Shown here: positions 43,359-59,026 of the stretch, piece by piece | Position numbering within the stretch: position 1 is the first letter of the stretch | Layout: every line of letters begins with the position of its first letter | Source of the DNA: Sideroxydans sp. | Lineage (GTDB): Bacteria > Pseudomonadota > Gammaproteobacteria > Burkholderiales > Gallionellaceae | DNA length: 64,000 bases | NCBI GenBank assembly: GCA_013824485.1 | Contig: PNNY01000001.1 | Coordinates: 12,017-76,016 of the forward strand | Direction of reading: 5' to 3' | Notes under the pieces: model-generated | What the model saw: only the letters and a program-made list of their open reading frames with translations | Databases searched by the model: none | Told to the model about the DNA's origin: nothing | Translations under genes and position numbers: made by a program

Positions 43359-44132
43359 TCAATTCGTTGCCGTGGCGTTGTTCAAAAGTTCGCCTGCCAG
43401 AGCGAGATAGGCCTGCGTCCCTTTGGATTGCGCATCGTGATACAGCACGGGAACACCATAACTGGGCGCCTCCGCCAAGCGCACGTTACGTGGGATCACA
43501 GTGCGGTACACCTTGTCACCGAAATGCTGTTGCAGCTGATCCGAGACCTGTTGCGCTAGAGAGTTACGTGGATCGAACATAGTACGCAACAGACCTTCGA
43601 TCTCCAGTTCCGGGTTTAGACTTTCGCGTACCTTGCGGATGGTGTTGACCAGATCGCTCAACCCTTCCAGTGCGTAATATTCGCATTGCATCGGAATCAT
43701 GACCGAGCGCGCTGCGCATAGACCATTCAGTGTAAGCAGGTTCAGCGCAGGCGGGCAATCGATGAGCACGTAGTCATACTCGTGGGCGACCGCCTGCAAT
43801 TCCAGCTTGAGGCGCATCTCGCGCCCTTCCATACCGACCAATTCGATCTCAGCACCGGCTAGGTCACGATTGGCTGGAAGTACGTCGTATTTACCCTTGT
43901 CTGACGTGATGCGCGCTTGGGCTATGGTCGCTTCGCCAATCAGTACGTCATACACAGACAACTCTAGGTCGCCCTTGTTGATGCCGCTCCCCATGGTGGC
44001 GTTTCCCTGCGGGTCTAGGTCCACCAACAGCACTCGCTTTTTCACCGCACCCAAGCTGGCTGCTAGATTGACCGTGGTCGTAGTTTTACCCACGCCACCT
44101 TTTTGATTTGTTATAGCCATTATCTTCGTCAT
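43359..44132 (-). CDS. parA: chromosome partitioning ATPase ParA
   Basis: [27 protein letters not shown]. Confidence 0.96.
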   Translation of the reverse strand: MTKIMAITNQKGGVGKTTTTVNLAASLGAVKKRVLLVDLDPQGNATMGSGINKGDLELSVYDVLIGEATIAQARITSDKGKYDVLPANRDLAGAEIELVGMEGREMRLKLELQAVAHEYDYVLIDCPPALNLLTLNGLCAARSVMIPMQCEYYALEGLSDLVNTIRKVRESLNPELEIEGLLRTMFDPRNSLAQQVSDQLQQHFGDKVYRTVIPRNVRLAEAPSYGVPVLYHDAQSKGTQAYLALAGELLNNATATN

Positions 44133-44764
44133 GCAGTCTGCTCCCTAGATACCTTTGCGATCACCAAACTACGCGCCGCTTCTATCCTCGGCACTTTCAA
44201 TGAAACGATTTTCTCAATCTCAAAACCTTTTGCCACTCCCGCCAGCTCAGATTCTGGCTGACCTTTCATCGCCGCCCAACGACCATCAGGAGCGATCAAG
44301 TGCTTGCTCACTGCCAAAAAATCCCCGAGCTCGGCAAAAGCTCTCGAGATGATTCCATCAAATTTGTAAGCCGGCTGCCAATCCTCTACACGGCCGGAGT
44401 GCACACTCACATTCTTTAGCCCCAGCTCAATGACCGCCTGCTGTACGAAGCCCGTCTTCTTGGTATTGCTATCCAATAGGGTGAAGCCCCAATCTGGTTT
44501 CACGATTGCCAATACCAATCCCGGCATGCCACCGCCACACCCTACATCCAACCATCGTCCAGACCAAAGATGCGGCACAACAGCAAGGCTATCCAGTAAG
44601 TGGTGACTCACCATCTCACTCTTATCGCGTATCGCCGTCAGGTTGTACACTTTGTTCCACTTGAACAACAGATCAACATAAGCCAGTAACTGGCTTTGCG
44701 TCTTATCGTCCAGATCCAGCCCCATTTCGACCGCACCCGTCCGCAGGATATCAGCCTCAGTCAT
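44129..44764 (-). CDS. rsmG: 16S rRNA m7G527 methyltransferase
   Basis: [24 protein letters not shown]. Confidence 0.95.
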   Translation of the reverse strand: MTEADILRTGAVEMGLDLDDKTQSQLLAYVDLLFKWNKVYNLTAIRDKSEMVSHHLLDSLAVVPHLWSGRWLDVGCGGGMPGLVLAIVKPDWGFTLLDSNTKKTGFVQQAVIELGLKNVSVHSGRVEDWQPAYKFDGIISRAFAELGDFLAVSKHLIAPDGRWAAMKGQPESELAGVAKGFEIEKIVSLKVPRIEAARSLVIAKVSREQTA

Positions 44765-46655
44765 GCGTTTGCTCAACTTGAGCGCTCTTGAATCCGCGCT
44801 TCAGATGTACCAACAACAACGAGATGGTGGCAGGTGTGATGCCTGAGATACGACCCGCTTGGCCTACCGTTTGTGGTTTGTGTTGATTGAGTTTCTGCTG
44901 TGCCTCTATGGAAAGTCCGCGTACGCCGCGATAGTCGAAATCCGACGGTAATCCAAGGTTTTCAAAATGCTCCTGCTGCTCGATTTCGCCCTGCTGCTTC
45001 TCGATATAACCCTGATACTTGGCTTGGACTTCGATCTGCAATGCCACTCTCTCTTCGGCTGGCTCACCCGCTGTCGGTAAAGTCATCAACGATGCATAGG
45101 TGACATCTGGCCGACGCAACAATTCATGCAGGGAATATTCACGCTCGATGTTCTTTCCTAGGACGCGCATTGCATCTTCCTCCGCCAACATGCGCGGATT
45201 GACCCACGTGCTGCGCAGTCTTTGCTCTTCACGGACTATCGCCTCGCGCTTCGCTTCGAAATGCTGCCAGCGCGCGTCGTCCACGATACCCAGCTTGCGA
45301 CCGATCTCGGTCAAGCGAAGGTCTGCGTTGTCTTCGCGCAATTGCAAACGATATTCAGCGCGGCTGGTGAACATGCGATAGGGTTCGGAGACTCCGCGCG
45401 TGATCAAGTCATCGACCATCACGCCGAGATATGCCTCATTGCGGCGAGGACACCAAGCTTCGCGCTCCTGCGCGAACAAGGCGGCATTCACGCCCGCCAA
45501 CAAACCTTGCGCTGCGGCTTCTTCGTAACCCGTCGTACCGTTGATCTGCCCGGCAAAGAACAATCCATCGATAGCCTTGGTCTCTAAAGAATTCTTCAGT
45601 CCGCGCGGATCGAAATAGTCATATTCGATGGCATAGCCAGGACGCAATATGTGGACGTTCTCTAAACCCTTGATAGAGTGAATCAGATCCAACTGCACAT
45701 CGAATGGCAGGCTAGTGGAGACCCCATTGGGATAGACCTCGTGCGTGGTCAGCCCTTCCGGCTCCAAGAATATCTGGTGCGAGGCTTTGTCGGCGAAACG
45801 CGTGATCTTGTCTTCAATAGAAGGACAGTAACGCGGCCCTACCCCTTCGATCACCCCTGTGAACAAAGGTGAACGGTCAAGACCTCCACGGATGATGTCA
45901 TGCGTGCGTTGATTGGTTTCTGTGATCCAGCAAGGTAATTGACGCGGATGTTGCTTGGCGTTTCCCATGAATGAGAACACCGGAACAGGGTCGTCACCGT
46001 GTTGTTCTTGCATCACTGAATAGTCGATGGTGCGCCCATCTATCCTTGGCGGCGTCCCTGTTTTTAGCCTACCTACAGGAAGCTTCAACTCGCGCAAACG
46101 ATGCGCCAAACTGACCGCAGGCGGATCCCCTGCTCTGCCCGCTTGATAGTTGGATTGCCCCACATGGATCAGTCCCGCAAGGAAAGTACCCGTGGTCAAC
46201 ACCACGCTGCGCGCAGAGAATCGTAAACCTAGCTGAGTCACGACACCACTTACGCGACCATCTTCGACCGTCAGGTCATCCACCGCCTGCTGAAACAACC
46301 ACAGATTAGGCTGATTTTCCAAACGACCGCGGATGGCTTGCTTGTACAGGATGCGGTCAGCCTGCGCACGCGTCGCGCGTACGGCTGGGCCCTTGCTGGA
46401 ATTCAGGATGCGGAATTGGATACCGCCTTCGTCAGTCGCTGCCGCCATCGCACCACCCAGCGCATCGACTTCTTTGACAAGATGGCCTTTTCCGATGCCG
46501 CCGATGGATGGGTTGCATGACATCTGGCCAAGCGTTTCGATGTTATGGCTGAGCAACAAGGTTTTGCTGCCCGCACGTGCGCTGGCAAGCGCGGCTTCAG
46601 TGCCAGCATGCCCACCACCCACCACGATCACATCGAATTTGCCGGGAAAGTCCAT
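44757..46655 (-). CDS. mnmG: tRNA uridine 5-carboxymethylaminomethyl modification enzyme
   Basis: [27 protein letters not shown]. Confidence 0.97.
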   Translation of the reverse strand: MDFPGKFDVIVVGGGHAGTEAALASARAGSKTLLLSHNIETLGQMSCNPSIGGIGKGHLVKEVDALGGAMAAATDEGGIQFRILNSSKGPAVRATRAQADRILYKQAIRGRLENQPNLWLFQQAVDDLTVEDGRVSGVVTQLGLRFSARSVVLTTGTFLAGLIHVGQSNYQAGRAGDPPAVSLAHRLRELKLPVGRLKTGTPPRIDGRTIDYSVMQEQHGDDPVPVFSFMGNAKQHPRQLPCWITETNQRTHDIIRGGLDRSPLFTGVIEGVGPRYCPSIEDKITRFADKASHQIFLEPEGLTTHEVYPNGVSTSLPFDVQLDLIHSIKGLENVHILRPGYAIEYDYFDPRGLKNSLETKAIDGLFFAGQINGTTGYEEAAAQGLLAGVNAALFAQEREAWCPRRNEAYLGVMVDDLITRGVSEPYRMFTSRAEYRLQLREDNADLRLTEIGRKLGIVDDARWQHFEAKREAIVREEQRLRSTWVNPRMLAEEDAMRVLGKNIEREYSLHELLRRPDVTYASLMTLPTAGEPAEERVALQIEVQAKYQGYIEKQQGEIEQQEHFENLGLPSDFDYRGVRGLSIEAQQKLNQHKPQTVGQAGRISGITPATISLLLVHLKRGFKSAQVEQTHD

Positions 46656-46716
46656 TATGCCGCCAGCGAAAAAGGACGCGCATCTTACAACAGGCTGATT
46701 GGATTACAAAACCGAT

Positions 46717-46732
46717 TGTTTCACGTGAAACA
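46717..46732. promoter_or_regulatory. parS centromere site
   Basis: Perfect consensus palindrome TGTTTCACGTGAAACA near parAB. Confidence 0.92.
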
Positions 46733-46736
46733 AAGA

Positions 46737-48098
46737 TTATTTGCCAATACAGAAACGGCTGAATATCTCGCCCAACAGGTCGTCTGCCACAAACTCACCC
46801 GTGATCTCATTCAGTGCGGCTTGTCCGTAACGGAGCTCTTCCGCCAGAAGTTCGTGCATTTCAAGATGCTGGCTAGCCGAGGCGAAATGTTGCTTGGCCT
46901 TGGCGATAGCGACCAAATGGCGCTCACGCGCCATGAACACACCCGCTTCTTGGTGCCAACCAATCGTTTTTAATATGGTGTCTTGTAGCGCGTCGACGCC
47001 CATGCCGGTTTTTGCCGACACATACAGATGGCCGACTTGTTCCTGATGTGCCCTATGTGTCACCACATCCATTTTGTTGTGAACGAACAAGCGTGGGAGC
47101 CCTTGCGGCAAGCGCTCAAGGATGGCTTCGATTTCGCCCGATTCCACAGGATTGGATTCGTCCAACAACACCAATATCAGATCCGCACGGTCGATGTTCT
47201 GCTGGGTTCTAGCAATCCCCATCCGCTCTACGACGTCATCAGTCTCTCTCAAACCTGCCGTGTCGACGATATGCAAGGGCACGCCTCGGAGCTGTAATGA
47301 TTGGCGGATGGCATCGCGTGTCGTTCCTGCGATCTCGCTCACCAAAGCCACCTCTTCCCCTGCCAAACGGTTAAGTAGGCTGGACTTGCCTACATTGGGC
47401 GCGCCCACCAAGACCACCTGCGCACCCTCCCTAAGGATGCTCCCTTGCTTTGCGAGGACTTCGATGTGAGCCAGTTCGGTTTGGATCTGAGTCAATTTTC
47501 CTTCAAGTCGAGCCCGCTCTACGGTAGCGATACCATCTTCTTCCGGAAAGTCTAAGGTCGCTTCCACCAACATACGCAGATCGATGAGTTTGGCCACAAC
47601 GGCGTGTATCGCGTTGGAGAACTCCCCCTGCATGGATCTGACCGCGCTTCTGGCGGCCTGTTGGGTGGTCGCTTCGATCAGGTCAGAAACACTTTCGGCT
47701 TGGGCAAGATCCATCTTGTCATTTAGAAAGGCGCGTTGCGTGAACTCTCCGGGCTGTGCAAGACGAGCACCCAATTCCAAACAGCGCTGCAATAACAATT
47801 GCAACACGGCTGGGCCGCCATGCCCCTGTAACTCCAGCACCTCTTCACCTGTGTAGGAGTGTGGGGCTGGGAAGAACAAGGCGATGCCTTGGTCAATGAC
47901 AGAAAGGTCTGATGCAAGGAATGGGGTGTAAACAGCCGACCGTGGCGGAAGCTGGCGGCCTGTGAGCAAGACGCCCATATCTGCAAGGCCTTGACCAGAG
48001 ATACGCACGACACCGATACCACCACGACCGGGACCAGTCGCGATGGCGGCGATATTGTCAGGCTTTTGTGACACCTTTTTGAGCGGTATCTGCGTCAC
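46737..48098 (-). CDS. mnmE: tRNA modification GTPase
   Basis: [23 protein letters not shown]. Confidence 0.96.
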   Translation of the reverse strand: MTQIPLKKVSQKPDNIAAIATGPGRGGIGVVRISGQGLADMGVLLTGRQLPPRSAVYTPFLASDLSVIDQGIALFFPAPHSYTGEEVLELQGHGGPAVLQLLLQRCLELGARLAQPGEFTQRAFLNDKMDLAQAESVSDLIEATTQQAARSAVRSMQGEFSNAIHAVVAKLIDLRMLVEATLDFPEEDGIATVERARLEGKLTQIQTELAHIEVLAKQGSILREGAQVVLVGAPNVGKSSLLNRLAGEEVALVSEIAGTTRDAIRQSLQLRGVPLHIVDTAGLRETDDVVERMGIARTQQNIDRADLILVLLDESNPVESGEIEAILERLPQGLPRLFVHNKMDVVTHRAHQEQVGHLYVSAKTGMGVDALQDTILKTIGWHQEAGVFMARERHLVAIAKAKQHFASASQHLEMHELLAEELRYGQAALNEITGEFVADDLLGEIFSRFCIGK

Positions 48099-49695
48099 GA
48101 TTGATGTACCACTGCTGGCCGATGGAGAGGATGTTGTTCACCAACGAATACAACACCAAACCAGCTGGGAAGAAGAAGAAGACCACACTGAATGCGATGG
48201 GCATGATCTGCATCACTTTTGCTTGGATCGGGTCGGTCGGCACTGGGTTAAGTTTCGACTGGATGATCATGCTGGCGCCCATGATGAGCGGCAAGATGTA
48301 GTAAGGGTCGGTTGCCGACAAGTCTGTGATCCAGCCAAAGAACGGTGCATGTCGCAGTTCTACGCTTTCCAAGATTGCCCAATACAGACCGATGAAGACT
48401 GGTATCTGTATCAACACGGGCAGACAGCCACCTAAGGGGTTGATCTTCTCGGTCTTGTAAAGATCCATCATGGCTTTGTTCAAGCGCTCGCGGTCATCTC
48501 CGTATTGCTTCTTGATCAGCTCCAGCTTGGGGGCTACCACACGCATCTTCGCCATCGAGCGATAGCTGGCAGCAGAGAGTGGGAAGAAGGCCAATTTGAT
48601 CAGTACCGTCAACAAGACGATTGCTACGCCCCAGTTACCCACCCAGTCATTCAAGAAGGACATCAACCAGAACAATGGAGCTGCAAACACTGTGAATATG
48701 CCGTAATCCACCGTCAAGCCCAATCCGGGAGCGACATCATCCAGTTGGCTTACCGCTGGACCAACATAAAGCGGCGTCGATATGCGGGCGGTCTGGCTGG
48801 GTTCGATGCTTGCGATAGGCAATATCACTCCAACAGAGAAGAGGTTTCCGTCTAGGTGTTTTGTATAGAACTCGCGAACAGTCTTGCCTTGTGGCAACCA
48901 GGCCGATACGAAGTAATGCTGCACCATGCCGATCCAGCCATTGTCTGGTTCTTTAGGCAGAGTAACTTTGTTCTTCTCGATCTCTGAAAATTCGATCTTC
49001 AAAAGCTTCTCTAGGTCCGTATAGACCGCCGCACCTGTATACGTGGGGACAAAAGCTGAAGCACCTTCTGGCAAAGTGGAATCACGAACCAGCTGGAAAT
49101 AAGCTGATGGCGCAATAGCACTGGCACCTTTGTTCTCGATCTCATATGCCACATCGACAAGATAACTTGCGCGATGGAAGGTATAGATCTTGGTTACTCG
49201 CGAGCCCTCGGTATTCAATGCAGAGAGTTTGACCTCGATGCTGTCTTTTCCCTCGGCCAAGGAGTACTCGCTCGCTTCAGATTGGAACTCGGCGTTGTGG
49301 GTAGGCAAGCCCTTACCCAACAAGCCAGATTGCGCCAAATAGGTCTGGTCGCCTTGCCTTTGCATCAAAACTATGGATTTCGTCTGGTCGCTAGCGGTGC
49401 GATGCTTCAAGAGATCTAGCCGCTCGATGTTTCCACCTGCCGAATTGATCTCAACCTTAAGTGTATCGGTAGTAACGGTGATCGTCTTGCCAGTAGGCGC
49501 TTTTGGGGCTTCCACCGCAGCAGCAGTAGCAACCGTTTGGGGCGCAATGGTAGTGGCGACTGGAGGTGCTGAAGGGTCTTTAGATGTTGCGGCTAGGGAT
49601 GCAACAACAGGTTGATTCTGACGCGTCCATTCTCCCCACAAGACAACGAGAGAGAACGAAAAGATCAAGAACAAGAATAACCGTCGCATATCCAT
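48058..49695 (-). CDS. yidC: membrane protein insertase
   Basis: [26 protein letters not shown]. Confidence 0.96.
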   Translation of the reverse strand: MDMRRLFLFLIFSFSLVVLWGEWTRQNQPVVASLAATSKDPSAPPVATTIAPQTVATAAAVEAPKAPTGKTITVTTDTLKVEINSAGGNIERLDLLKHRTASDQTKSIVLMQRQGDQTYLAQSGLLGKGLPTHNAEFQSEASEYSLAEGKDSIEVKLSALNTEGSRVTKIYTFHRASYLVDVAYEIENKGASAIAPSAYFQLVRDSTLPEGASAFVPTYTGAAVYTDLEKLLKIEFSEIEKNKVTLPKEPDNGWIGMVQHYFVSAWLPQGKTVREFYTKHLDGNLFSVGVILPIASIEPSQTARISTPLYVGPAVSQLDDVAPGLGLTVDYGIFTVFAAPLFWLMSFLNDWVGNWGVAIVLLTVLIKLAFFPLSAASYRSMAKMRVVAPKLELIKKQYGDDRERLNKAMMDLYKTEKINPLGGCLPVLIQIPVFIGLYWAILESVELRHAPFFGWITDLSATDPYYILPLIMGASMIIQSKLNPVPTDPIQAKVMQIMPIAFSVVFFFFPAGLVLYSLVNNILSIGQQWYINRDADTAQKGVTKA

Positions 49696-49714
49696 TTGTG
49701 TCACCTGTAATTTA

Positions 49715-49924
49715 CTAAGGGATGGGATCGTATCCACCCAGATTCCAAGGGTTGCAACGCCCTACCCGCTTGATGCTCAGCCAAACCCCTTTGATGATGC
49801 CGTATTTAGAGATGGCATCGTAAGAATACTGCGAACACGATGGGGTGAAACGACATGATGGCGGGGACATCGGACTGATGAAGCGCTGGTAGCCGCGAAG
49901 CGCTAATAAAAGGATCCGCTTCAT
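49715..49924 (-). CDS. yidD: membrane protein insertion efficiency factor
   Basis: [19 protein letters not shown]. Confidence 0.93.
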   Translation of the reverse strand: MKRILLLALRGYQRFISPMSPPSCRFTPSCSQYSYDAISKYGIIKGVWLSIKRVGRCNPWNLGGYDPIP

Positions 49925-50283
49925 TGTGTAGCCAGCGCTTTGCTCAACATCTCAGCCAAAACAGTGCGCGCCTGTGTTTTATCTTGCTTACCCAAAGGCT
50001 TGCGCAAACGAACTACAATATCGCGAGCGACTCCCGTGTTCTCTCGTATTCGAAAACTTTCGCGAATCAATCGCTTGATGCTGTTGCGATTTACTGCACT
50101 TGGGACGATTCGCTTGCTGACCGATATACCCAACCTAGCGCAAGATTCTGCGTTCGGTTGTGAATGCAGGGCAAACCAATTGGATGTTTTAGCCCTTTGC
50201 TGCAATATCCGCGAAAAGCCCTCTCGACGCGTCAATCTATAACGTCGAGGAAATAGAAAAGCCTTTTCTGGCTTACACGCCAA
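49921..50283 (-). CDS. rnpA: ribonuclease P protein component
   Basis: [21 protein letters not shown]; nearest in-frame start is TTG at 50283, inside rpmH. Confidence 0.88.
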   Translation of the reverse strand: MACKPEKAFLFPRRYRLTRREGFSRILQQRAKTSNWFALHSQPNAESCARLGISVSKRIVPSAVNRNSIKRLIRESFRIRENTGVARDIVVRLRKPLGKQDKTQARTVLAEMLSKALATQ

Positions 50284-50407
50284 GGCGTACGCGGCCCTTG
50301 GCACGACGGGCAGCAATAACAGCGCGACCACCCTTTGTCTTCATACGAACCAAAAAGCCGTGGGTACGTTTTCTTTTTACAACGGATGGTTGGAAGGTAC
50401 GTTTCAT
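50273..50407 (-). CDS. rpmH: 50S ribosomal protein L34 (absent from the ORF track)
   Basis: Translated by hand: [44 protein letters not shown]. Confidence 0.96.
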   Translation of the reverse strand: MKRTFQPSVVKRKRTHGFLVRMKTKGGRAVIAARRAKGRVRLGV

Positions 50408-50486
50408 GATTTATTCCTTTGTTGGCTGAATTGAAAAGCGCGCGATTACAATCGGTTGCGGTCTTTCTGTCAAGCCAAATTTATGT

Positions 50487-50495
50487 TGTGGATAA
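50487..50495. promoter_or_regulatory. DnaA box in the dnaA promoter
   Basis: TGTGGATAA, consensus TTATCCACA on the minus strand. Confidence 0.8.
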
Positions 50496-50550
50496 CTTTT
50501 CTGGGAGCTTGTAGAATGCTTGGGTTAATCGATTTTCACAGTATGCCTTT

Positions 50551-51891
50551 ATGTCAGCTCAGGGTTTATCCGGTAGTTGCCAGCGCTTCTTCAAAGAGCA
50601 GCTGCCGCTTCAACAATACAATTCTTGGATCAAACCCTTGATTTTCGAGGTGGATGGCAATCGTCTTATTCTCACTGCGCCCAATAGTTTTACCTTACGC
50701 ATCATTCAAGACCGGTTCCTTCCTGAAATATCCAAACGAGCAGCCTCTTTCTTTCATACAGCACCCGAGATTGAGCTTCGAATCGAAAAGAGACCTTCTG
50801 GGAAACAAACCACGGAAGCGCCTGCACCTAAGACTGTTGATACACCCATCGTCATCAAAGCACCCAAAACCACCAGCAAATTGAATACGCAGCTGACTTT
50901 TGACACCTTTGTGACAGGTAAGGCCAACCAACTTGCTCATGCCGCAGGGTTACAAGTCGCTGAAAAACCAGGAACTGCATACAACCCTTTATTCATCTAC
51001 GGCGGTGTTGGCCTCGGCAAGACCCACTTACTCCAATCTATCGGCAATCTCGTAGCGAAAGAGAATCCACAAGCCAAGATATGCTACGTTCATGCTACGA
51101 ATTATGTCTCTGGTGTAGTAAAAGCTTTTCAAACCAAAAGCTTCGATGAATTCAAACAATATTACAATTCGCTCGATCTGTTGTTGATAGACGATATCCA
51201 ATTCATTGCTGATAAACCTGGCACCCAACAAGAGTTCTTCTACACATTGAATTCTTTGATCGATACCAATAAACAAGTCGTCATCACCTGCGATACCTTT
51301 CCAAAAGAGATATCGGGTATAGAGCCTCGACTGACCTCTCGCTTCACCTGTGGATTGACGGTCGCTATCGAACCACCAGGCCTAGAGATGCGCGTGGCCA
51401 TCCTTTTGCAGAAATCCACTAATAGTGGTGCGCCCATCAGTGAAGATGTAGCTTTCTTCATTGCAAAACACGTCCGCTCAAATATTCGTGAGCTTGAAGG
51501 TGCTTTGAATCGCATCGAAGCATATGCGCGTTTTCATAAGCGCACGATATCCATCGAATTAGCTAAAGAAGCTTTGCGCGACCTTCTCGCTGCACAGAAC
51601 AAACAAGTCACTATCGAAAACATCCAAAAGACGGTTGCTGACTTCTATCGCTTGAAGATAGTCGATCTTCTATCAAAGAAGCGTACCCGTGTGATAGCGC
51701 GACCACGACAAATCGCGATGAGTTTAGCGCGGGAGTTGACCCAACTTAGCCTTCCTGAAATAGGGAATGCTTTTGGAGGTAGAGACCATACAACGGTTCT
51801 TCATGCTTGTAAGACGATAGATTCATTAAGAAATACAGATAGCTCTATCGAAGCTGACTTCAATCTTTTGCACCAAACGCTTAGAGGATAA
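50551..51891 (+). CDS. dnaA: chromosomal replication initiator
   Basis: YNPLFIYGGVGLGKTHL, LLIDDIQF, GGRDHTTVLHA. Confidence 0.98.
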   Translation: MSAQGLSGSCQRFFKEQLPLQQYNSWIKPLIFEVDGNRLILTAPNSFTLRIIQDRFLPEISKRAASFFHTAPEIELRIEKRPSGKQTTEAPAPKTVDTPIVIKAPKTTSKLNTQLTFDTFVTGKANQLAHAAGLQVAEKPGTAYNPLFIYGGVGLGKTHLLQSIGNLVAKENPQAKICYVHATNYVSGVVKAFQTKSFDEFKQYYNSLDLLLIDDIQFIADKPGTQQEFFYTLNSLIDTNKQVVITCDTFPKEISGIEPRLTSRFTCGLTVAIEPPGLEMRVAILLQKSTNSGAPISEDVAFFIAKHVRSNIRELEGALNRIEAYARFHKRTISIELAKEALRDLLAAQNKQVTIENIQKTVADFYRLKIVDLLSKKRTRVIARPRQIAMSLARELTQLSLPEIGNAFGGRDHTTVLHACKTIDSLRNTDSSIEADFNLLHQTLRG

Positions 51892-52095
51892 GTAACTTAA
51901 GACTGTTGGCGTTTTGTAGATAACTAAGGTTTTAATAGAAGTAGAAAAAGAAGTACACATATTATTCACAAGTAAACAAGGTTTCTTATAACAAGTTAAA
52001 AGTGATTTAGTAAATTGATTAAATAGGTTTTATTGAGTTACCCACAGATTTAGTTGGCCTTATTATTGTTATTAAGTATTTAAGGATAAAAACAT
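51892..52095. other. probable oriC
   Basis: AT-rich dnaA-dnaN spacer with DnaA-box variants TGTAGATAA (51915), TTATTCACA (51962) and TTACCCACA (52038). Confidence 0.75.
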
Positions 52096-55663
<3,568 letters not shown>

Positions 55664-55696
55664 CCAAAAATAGATGCTGTTATTTAGCTAGCACTA

Positions 55697-55729
55697 AATC
55701 CGGCTCCGCAAGGAGCCGGATTCTTTTTT
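55697..55729 (+). terminator. rho-independent terminator after gyrB
   Basis: AATCCGGCTCC-GCAA-GGAGCCGGATT followed by a T run. Confidence 0.85.
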
Positions 55730-55891
55730 AGCCCAAGCATTAGAAAACAGCTGACATCGAAATTCCCATTCGGCAGGCGGGAATCCTGAATCCCAATAGC
55801 CGCGGGGCTTTCAGTACAGGCCGCTCAAAACGCGCCATAAACGGTTTTCGGGATGTCGTTGAGGGGTAACCTAGGACAGAAAATCCTAGGC

Positions 55892-58552
55892 TTATTTCTT
55901 GGACGTGGTTTTCTTTGCTGCAGGCTTAGTGGCGGCCTTTTTAGTGGTTGCTGCTTTCGTCGTAGTCGTTTTCGACTTGGCCGTTTTCTTGACCGCCGGT
56001 TTTTCAGCCGTAGCTTTCTTCACCGTTGTCTTGGCTTCCGCTTTTTTCTTGGTGGTCGTCTTGGCAGTAGTTTTCTTTACCGCCGGCTTGCGTGTTGTCT
56101 TAGCTTTGCCGGTGCCACCCTTCGCTGCTTTGGCGGCGATCAGTTCCAGCGCTTCTTCCAGCGTCACCGCTTCCGGCGTCACGTCCTTGGGCAAGGTCGC
56201 ATTCACCTTGCCGTGGCGGGCATAAGGACCGTAGCGACCACTACAGATCTCCACAGGGGTTTTGTCATCGGGATGTTCGCCCAGCGTGCGCAAGACGGTA
56301 TTGCCGCCTGTCTTGGCTTGCGCCAGCAGCTCCACCGCGCGATCTAGTGCGATGTCGAAGATGCTATCGGTGCGTGGGATGGATTTGAACTTGCCATCAT
56401 GCCCGATGTAGGGGCCGAAGCGTCCGATGTTGACGATGACCTTCTTGCCCGTTTCTGGGTGCAGACCCAGGTCGCGCGGCAAGGAAAGCAGTTTCAATGC
56501 GTGGGCTAGGTCTGCTTGTTCCAGTGGCAATTCTTTGGGCCAAGACACACGTTTTGGCTTGGTTTTCTCGCCCTCTACCACTTCGCCTAACTGCACGTAA
56601 GGGCCGTATGGACCGCGCAACAGCAGCACCAACTGTTCGGTCTCGGGGTGTGCACCCAACTCTTTGCGCGCTTCGCCCGCAGCCTCTTCACCGCCTAGGC
56701 TGCGGGTGAAATCGCACTCGGGATAACCAGTACAGCCAATGAAACTGCCGCGCTTGCCGAGGCGTTTGGACAGGGGTTTGCCGCACTTAGGGCAGGCCTC
56801 TTCCAATATCTCAGTGCCAGGGCGATCGACGTCTTTCTTGTCAACGATGAGCTTGTTGAAACCTTTCCAAAACGCATCAAGGACGGGGATCCAATCACGT
56901 TTACCTTCGGACACTTCATCCAACTCGTCTTCCAGATTCGCGGTGAAGCCATAATCCACATAACGCGTGAAGTGTTCGGTGAGGAACTTGATGACGACCC
57001 TGCCCACGTCGGTGGGCATGAAGCGCTTCTTGTCGAGCGTGGCGTATTCGCGCGCTTGCAAGGTGGAGATGATGGTGGCGTAAGTTGAGGGGCGACCGAT
57101 ACCGAACTCTTCCAAGGCTTTAACCAAGCTGGCTTCCGAGAAGCGAGGCGGCGGCTGGGTGAAGTGTTGTTCACCGTAGAGCTTATCCACTGGCAAGACA
57201 TCTCCCTCTACCAACGGTGGCAACTTGGCGCTGTCTTCCTCTTCGGCATCGTCCACGTCTTCCATATAGACGCTGATGAAGCCGGGGAACACCAAGGTCT
57301 GGCCAGAGGCGCGGAACAAGGTGTCATCACTGCTCAAGCGGATATCGACGCTGACGGTATCGAAGCGCGCGGGAGACATCTGCGACGCGAGCGTGCGCTT
57401 CCAAACCATCTCGTATAGACGCATCTGGTCGATGGTGAGGTGATCGCGCAAGCTCTCAGGTGTACGTAGCACGGAAGTTGGGCGGATCGCCTCATGCGCT
57501 TCCTGTGCATTCTTCGATTTGCTCTTGTAAGTCGGTTGCTTGCTCGGCAAGTAATCGGAAGAGAAATTGTCGCCGATATAGCCGCGGATCTCCGCCACAG
57601 CCTCATTCGCCAGACTAAGCGAGTCGGTACGCATGTAGGTTATGAGACCAATAGTTTGACCGCCGATATCGACACCTTCATACAAGGACTGCGCGGTGCG
57701 CATGGTGCGGTCCGAGGTCATACCCAGTTTACGTACGGCCTCCTGTTGCAAGGTAGAGGTCGTGAACGGCGCAGCGGGGCTGCGCTGCTTGCCCTTTTTT
57801 TCAACACGCACCACCTTGGGTGGCAACTTGGCATCCGCTAGTTTGGCGTGGATGGCATCGTATTCCTTTTGGCTGCCGATGCTCAATTGATCAAGCTTCT
57901 TACCTTGGAACTGGAACAGCTTGGCTTTGAAGGGGATAGTGTTCTTCTGGCTATCCAGATGCACAGACCAATATTCCTGGCTCTTGAACTTCTCGATCTC
58001 CAGTTCGCGCTCGACGATGAGGCGCAGCGCTGGGCTCTGTACACGACCCGCCGACAGACCGGGACGTATCTTGCGCCACAACAGCGGCGACAGATTGAAA
58101 CCGACTAGATAATCCAAGGCGCGTCGTGCTTGTTGGGCATTCACCAGCGGCATAGATATCTCGCGTGGGTGAGCGACCGCTTCTTGCACAGCAGATTGGG
58201 TGATCTCGTAGAAGACCACACGCTTCATGGTCTTCCCCTTGAGTGCGCGCTTACCTTTCAACAGCTCAGAGATGTGCCAAGCGATGGCCTCCCCTTCTCT
58301 GTCCGGGTCGGGTGCCAGCAGGATGGTGTCGGATTCGGCGGCGGCTTTGGCGATGGCATCGACGTGTTTGCTATTACGTGCGATGGTCTCGTAATTCATC
58401 GTATAGCCGTTTTCGGTATCGACCGCGCCATTCTTCGGTATGAGGTCGCGCACGTGACCATACGAGGCTAGGACCTCATAGTCTTTGCCTAGATATTTTT
58501 TTAGTGTCTTAGCCTTGGCGGGAGACTCGACGATCAGAAGGTTCTTTGCCAT
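55892..58552 (-). CDS. topA: DNA topoisomerase I
   Basis: IVESPAKA, DPDREGE, SAGRVQS, ITYMRTD, zinc ribbon, Lys-rich tail. Confidence 0.97.
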   Translation of the reverse strand: MAKNLLIVESPAKAKTLKKYLGKDYEVLASYGHVRDLIPKNGAVDTENGYTMNYETIARNSKHVDAIAKAAAESDTILLAPDPDREGEAIAWHISELLKGKRALKGKTMKRVVFYEITQSAVQEAVAHPREISMPLVNAQQARRALDYLVGFNLSPLLWRKIRPGLSAGRVQSPALRLIVERELEIEKFKSQEYWSVHLDSQKNTIPFKAKLFQFQGKKLDQLSIGSQKEYDAIHAKLADAKLPPKVVRVEKKGKQRSPAAPFTTSTLQQEAVRKLGMTSDRTMRTAQSLYEGVDIGGQTIGLITYMRTDSLSLANEAVAEIRGYIGDNFSSDYLPSKQPTYKSKSKNAQEAHEAIRPTSVLRTPESLRDHLTIDQMRLYEMVWKRTLASQMSPARFDTVSVDIRLSSDDTLFRASGQTLVFPGFISVYMEDVDDAEEEDSAKLPPLVEGDVLPVDKLYGEQHFTQPPPRFSEASLVKALEEFGIGRPSTYATIISTLQAREYATLDKKRFMPTDVGRVVIKFLTEHFTRYVDYGFTANLEDELDEVSEGKRDWIPVLDAFWKGFNKLIVDKKDVDRPGTEILEEACPKCGKPLSKRLGKRGSFIGCTGYPECDFTRSLGGEEAAGEARKELGAHPETEQLVLLLRGPYGPYVQLGEVVEGEKTKPKRVSWPKELPLEQADLAHALKLLSLPRDLGLHPETGKKVIVNIGRFGPYIGHDGKFKSIPRTDSIFDIALDRAVELLAQAKTGGNTVLRTLGEHPDDKTPVEICSGRYGPYARHGKVNATLPKDVTPEAVTLEEALELIAAKAAKGGTGKAKTTRKPAVKKTTAKTTTKKKAEAKTTVKKATAEKPAVKKTAKSKTTTTKAATTKKAATKPAAKKTTSKK

Positions 58553-58558
58553 GTGGGG

Positions 58559-59014
58559 TCAGTGTAGTTGTGCCGCCTCGGTTGGGGTGAGCAGGTCTTC
58601 GATCAACATGGGATCGAGATCTTCGTGCTGGTTCCAGAGCACCATCAATGCGATGAGTTTCACTTTATCGACTGATAATTTATCGCGCCCTAAAGCGACC
58701 ACGCGGTCGATGATCATCTCGCGCTCGATAGGCGTGATGATCTTGTTATGTTCCCAGAAGGCGATGAAACGCAGCCCTTCATCACTCATGCGTTCCGCCT
58801 CGAAATCCGTGTAGCACCGCAAGCCGCTGTGATTGATGCTCTCCGGATAAGTGGCATTCGAAAGTTCGCGCAAGCCAGATAACCAAGTCAGAGCTTGGTT
58901 GATGTCTTCTTCTTCAAAACCCGCCGCGGTGAGTTTCGCTGAGAGGCGATTGGGCTCGGGATAACTCCCTGCATCGAAATAACTTTCAAATAAAAACAAC
59001 AAGATATCAAACAT
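58559..59014 (-). CDS. smg: Smg / DUF494 protein
   Basis: MFDIL.FLFE, AGFE..DI..AL.WL; lies between dprA and topA. Confidence 0.9.
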   Translation of the reverse strand: MFDILLFLFESYFDAGSYPEPNRLSAKLTAAGFEEEDINQALTWLSGLRELSNATYPESINHSGLRCYTDFEAERMSDEGLRFIAFWEHNKIITPIEREMIIDRVVALGRDKLSVDKVKLIALMVLWNQHEDLDPMLIEDLLTPTEAAQLH

Positions 59015-59026
59015 AAAGGGGGTTTT

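Noticed and set aside
55892-56130. Low-complexity repeats at the end of topA
   Set aside because: Encode the ordinary Lys/Ala/Thr-rich TopA tail
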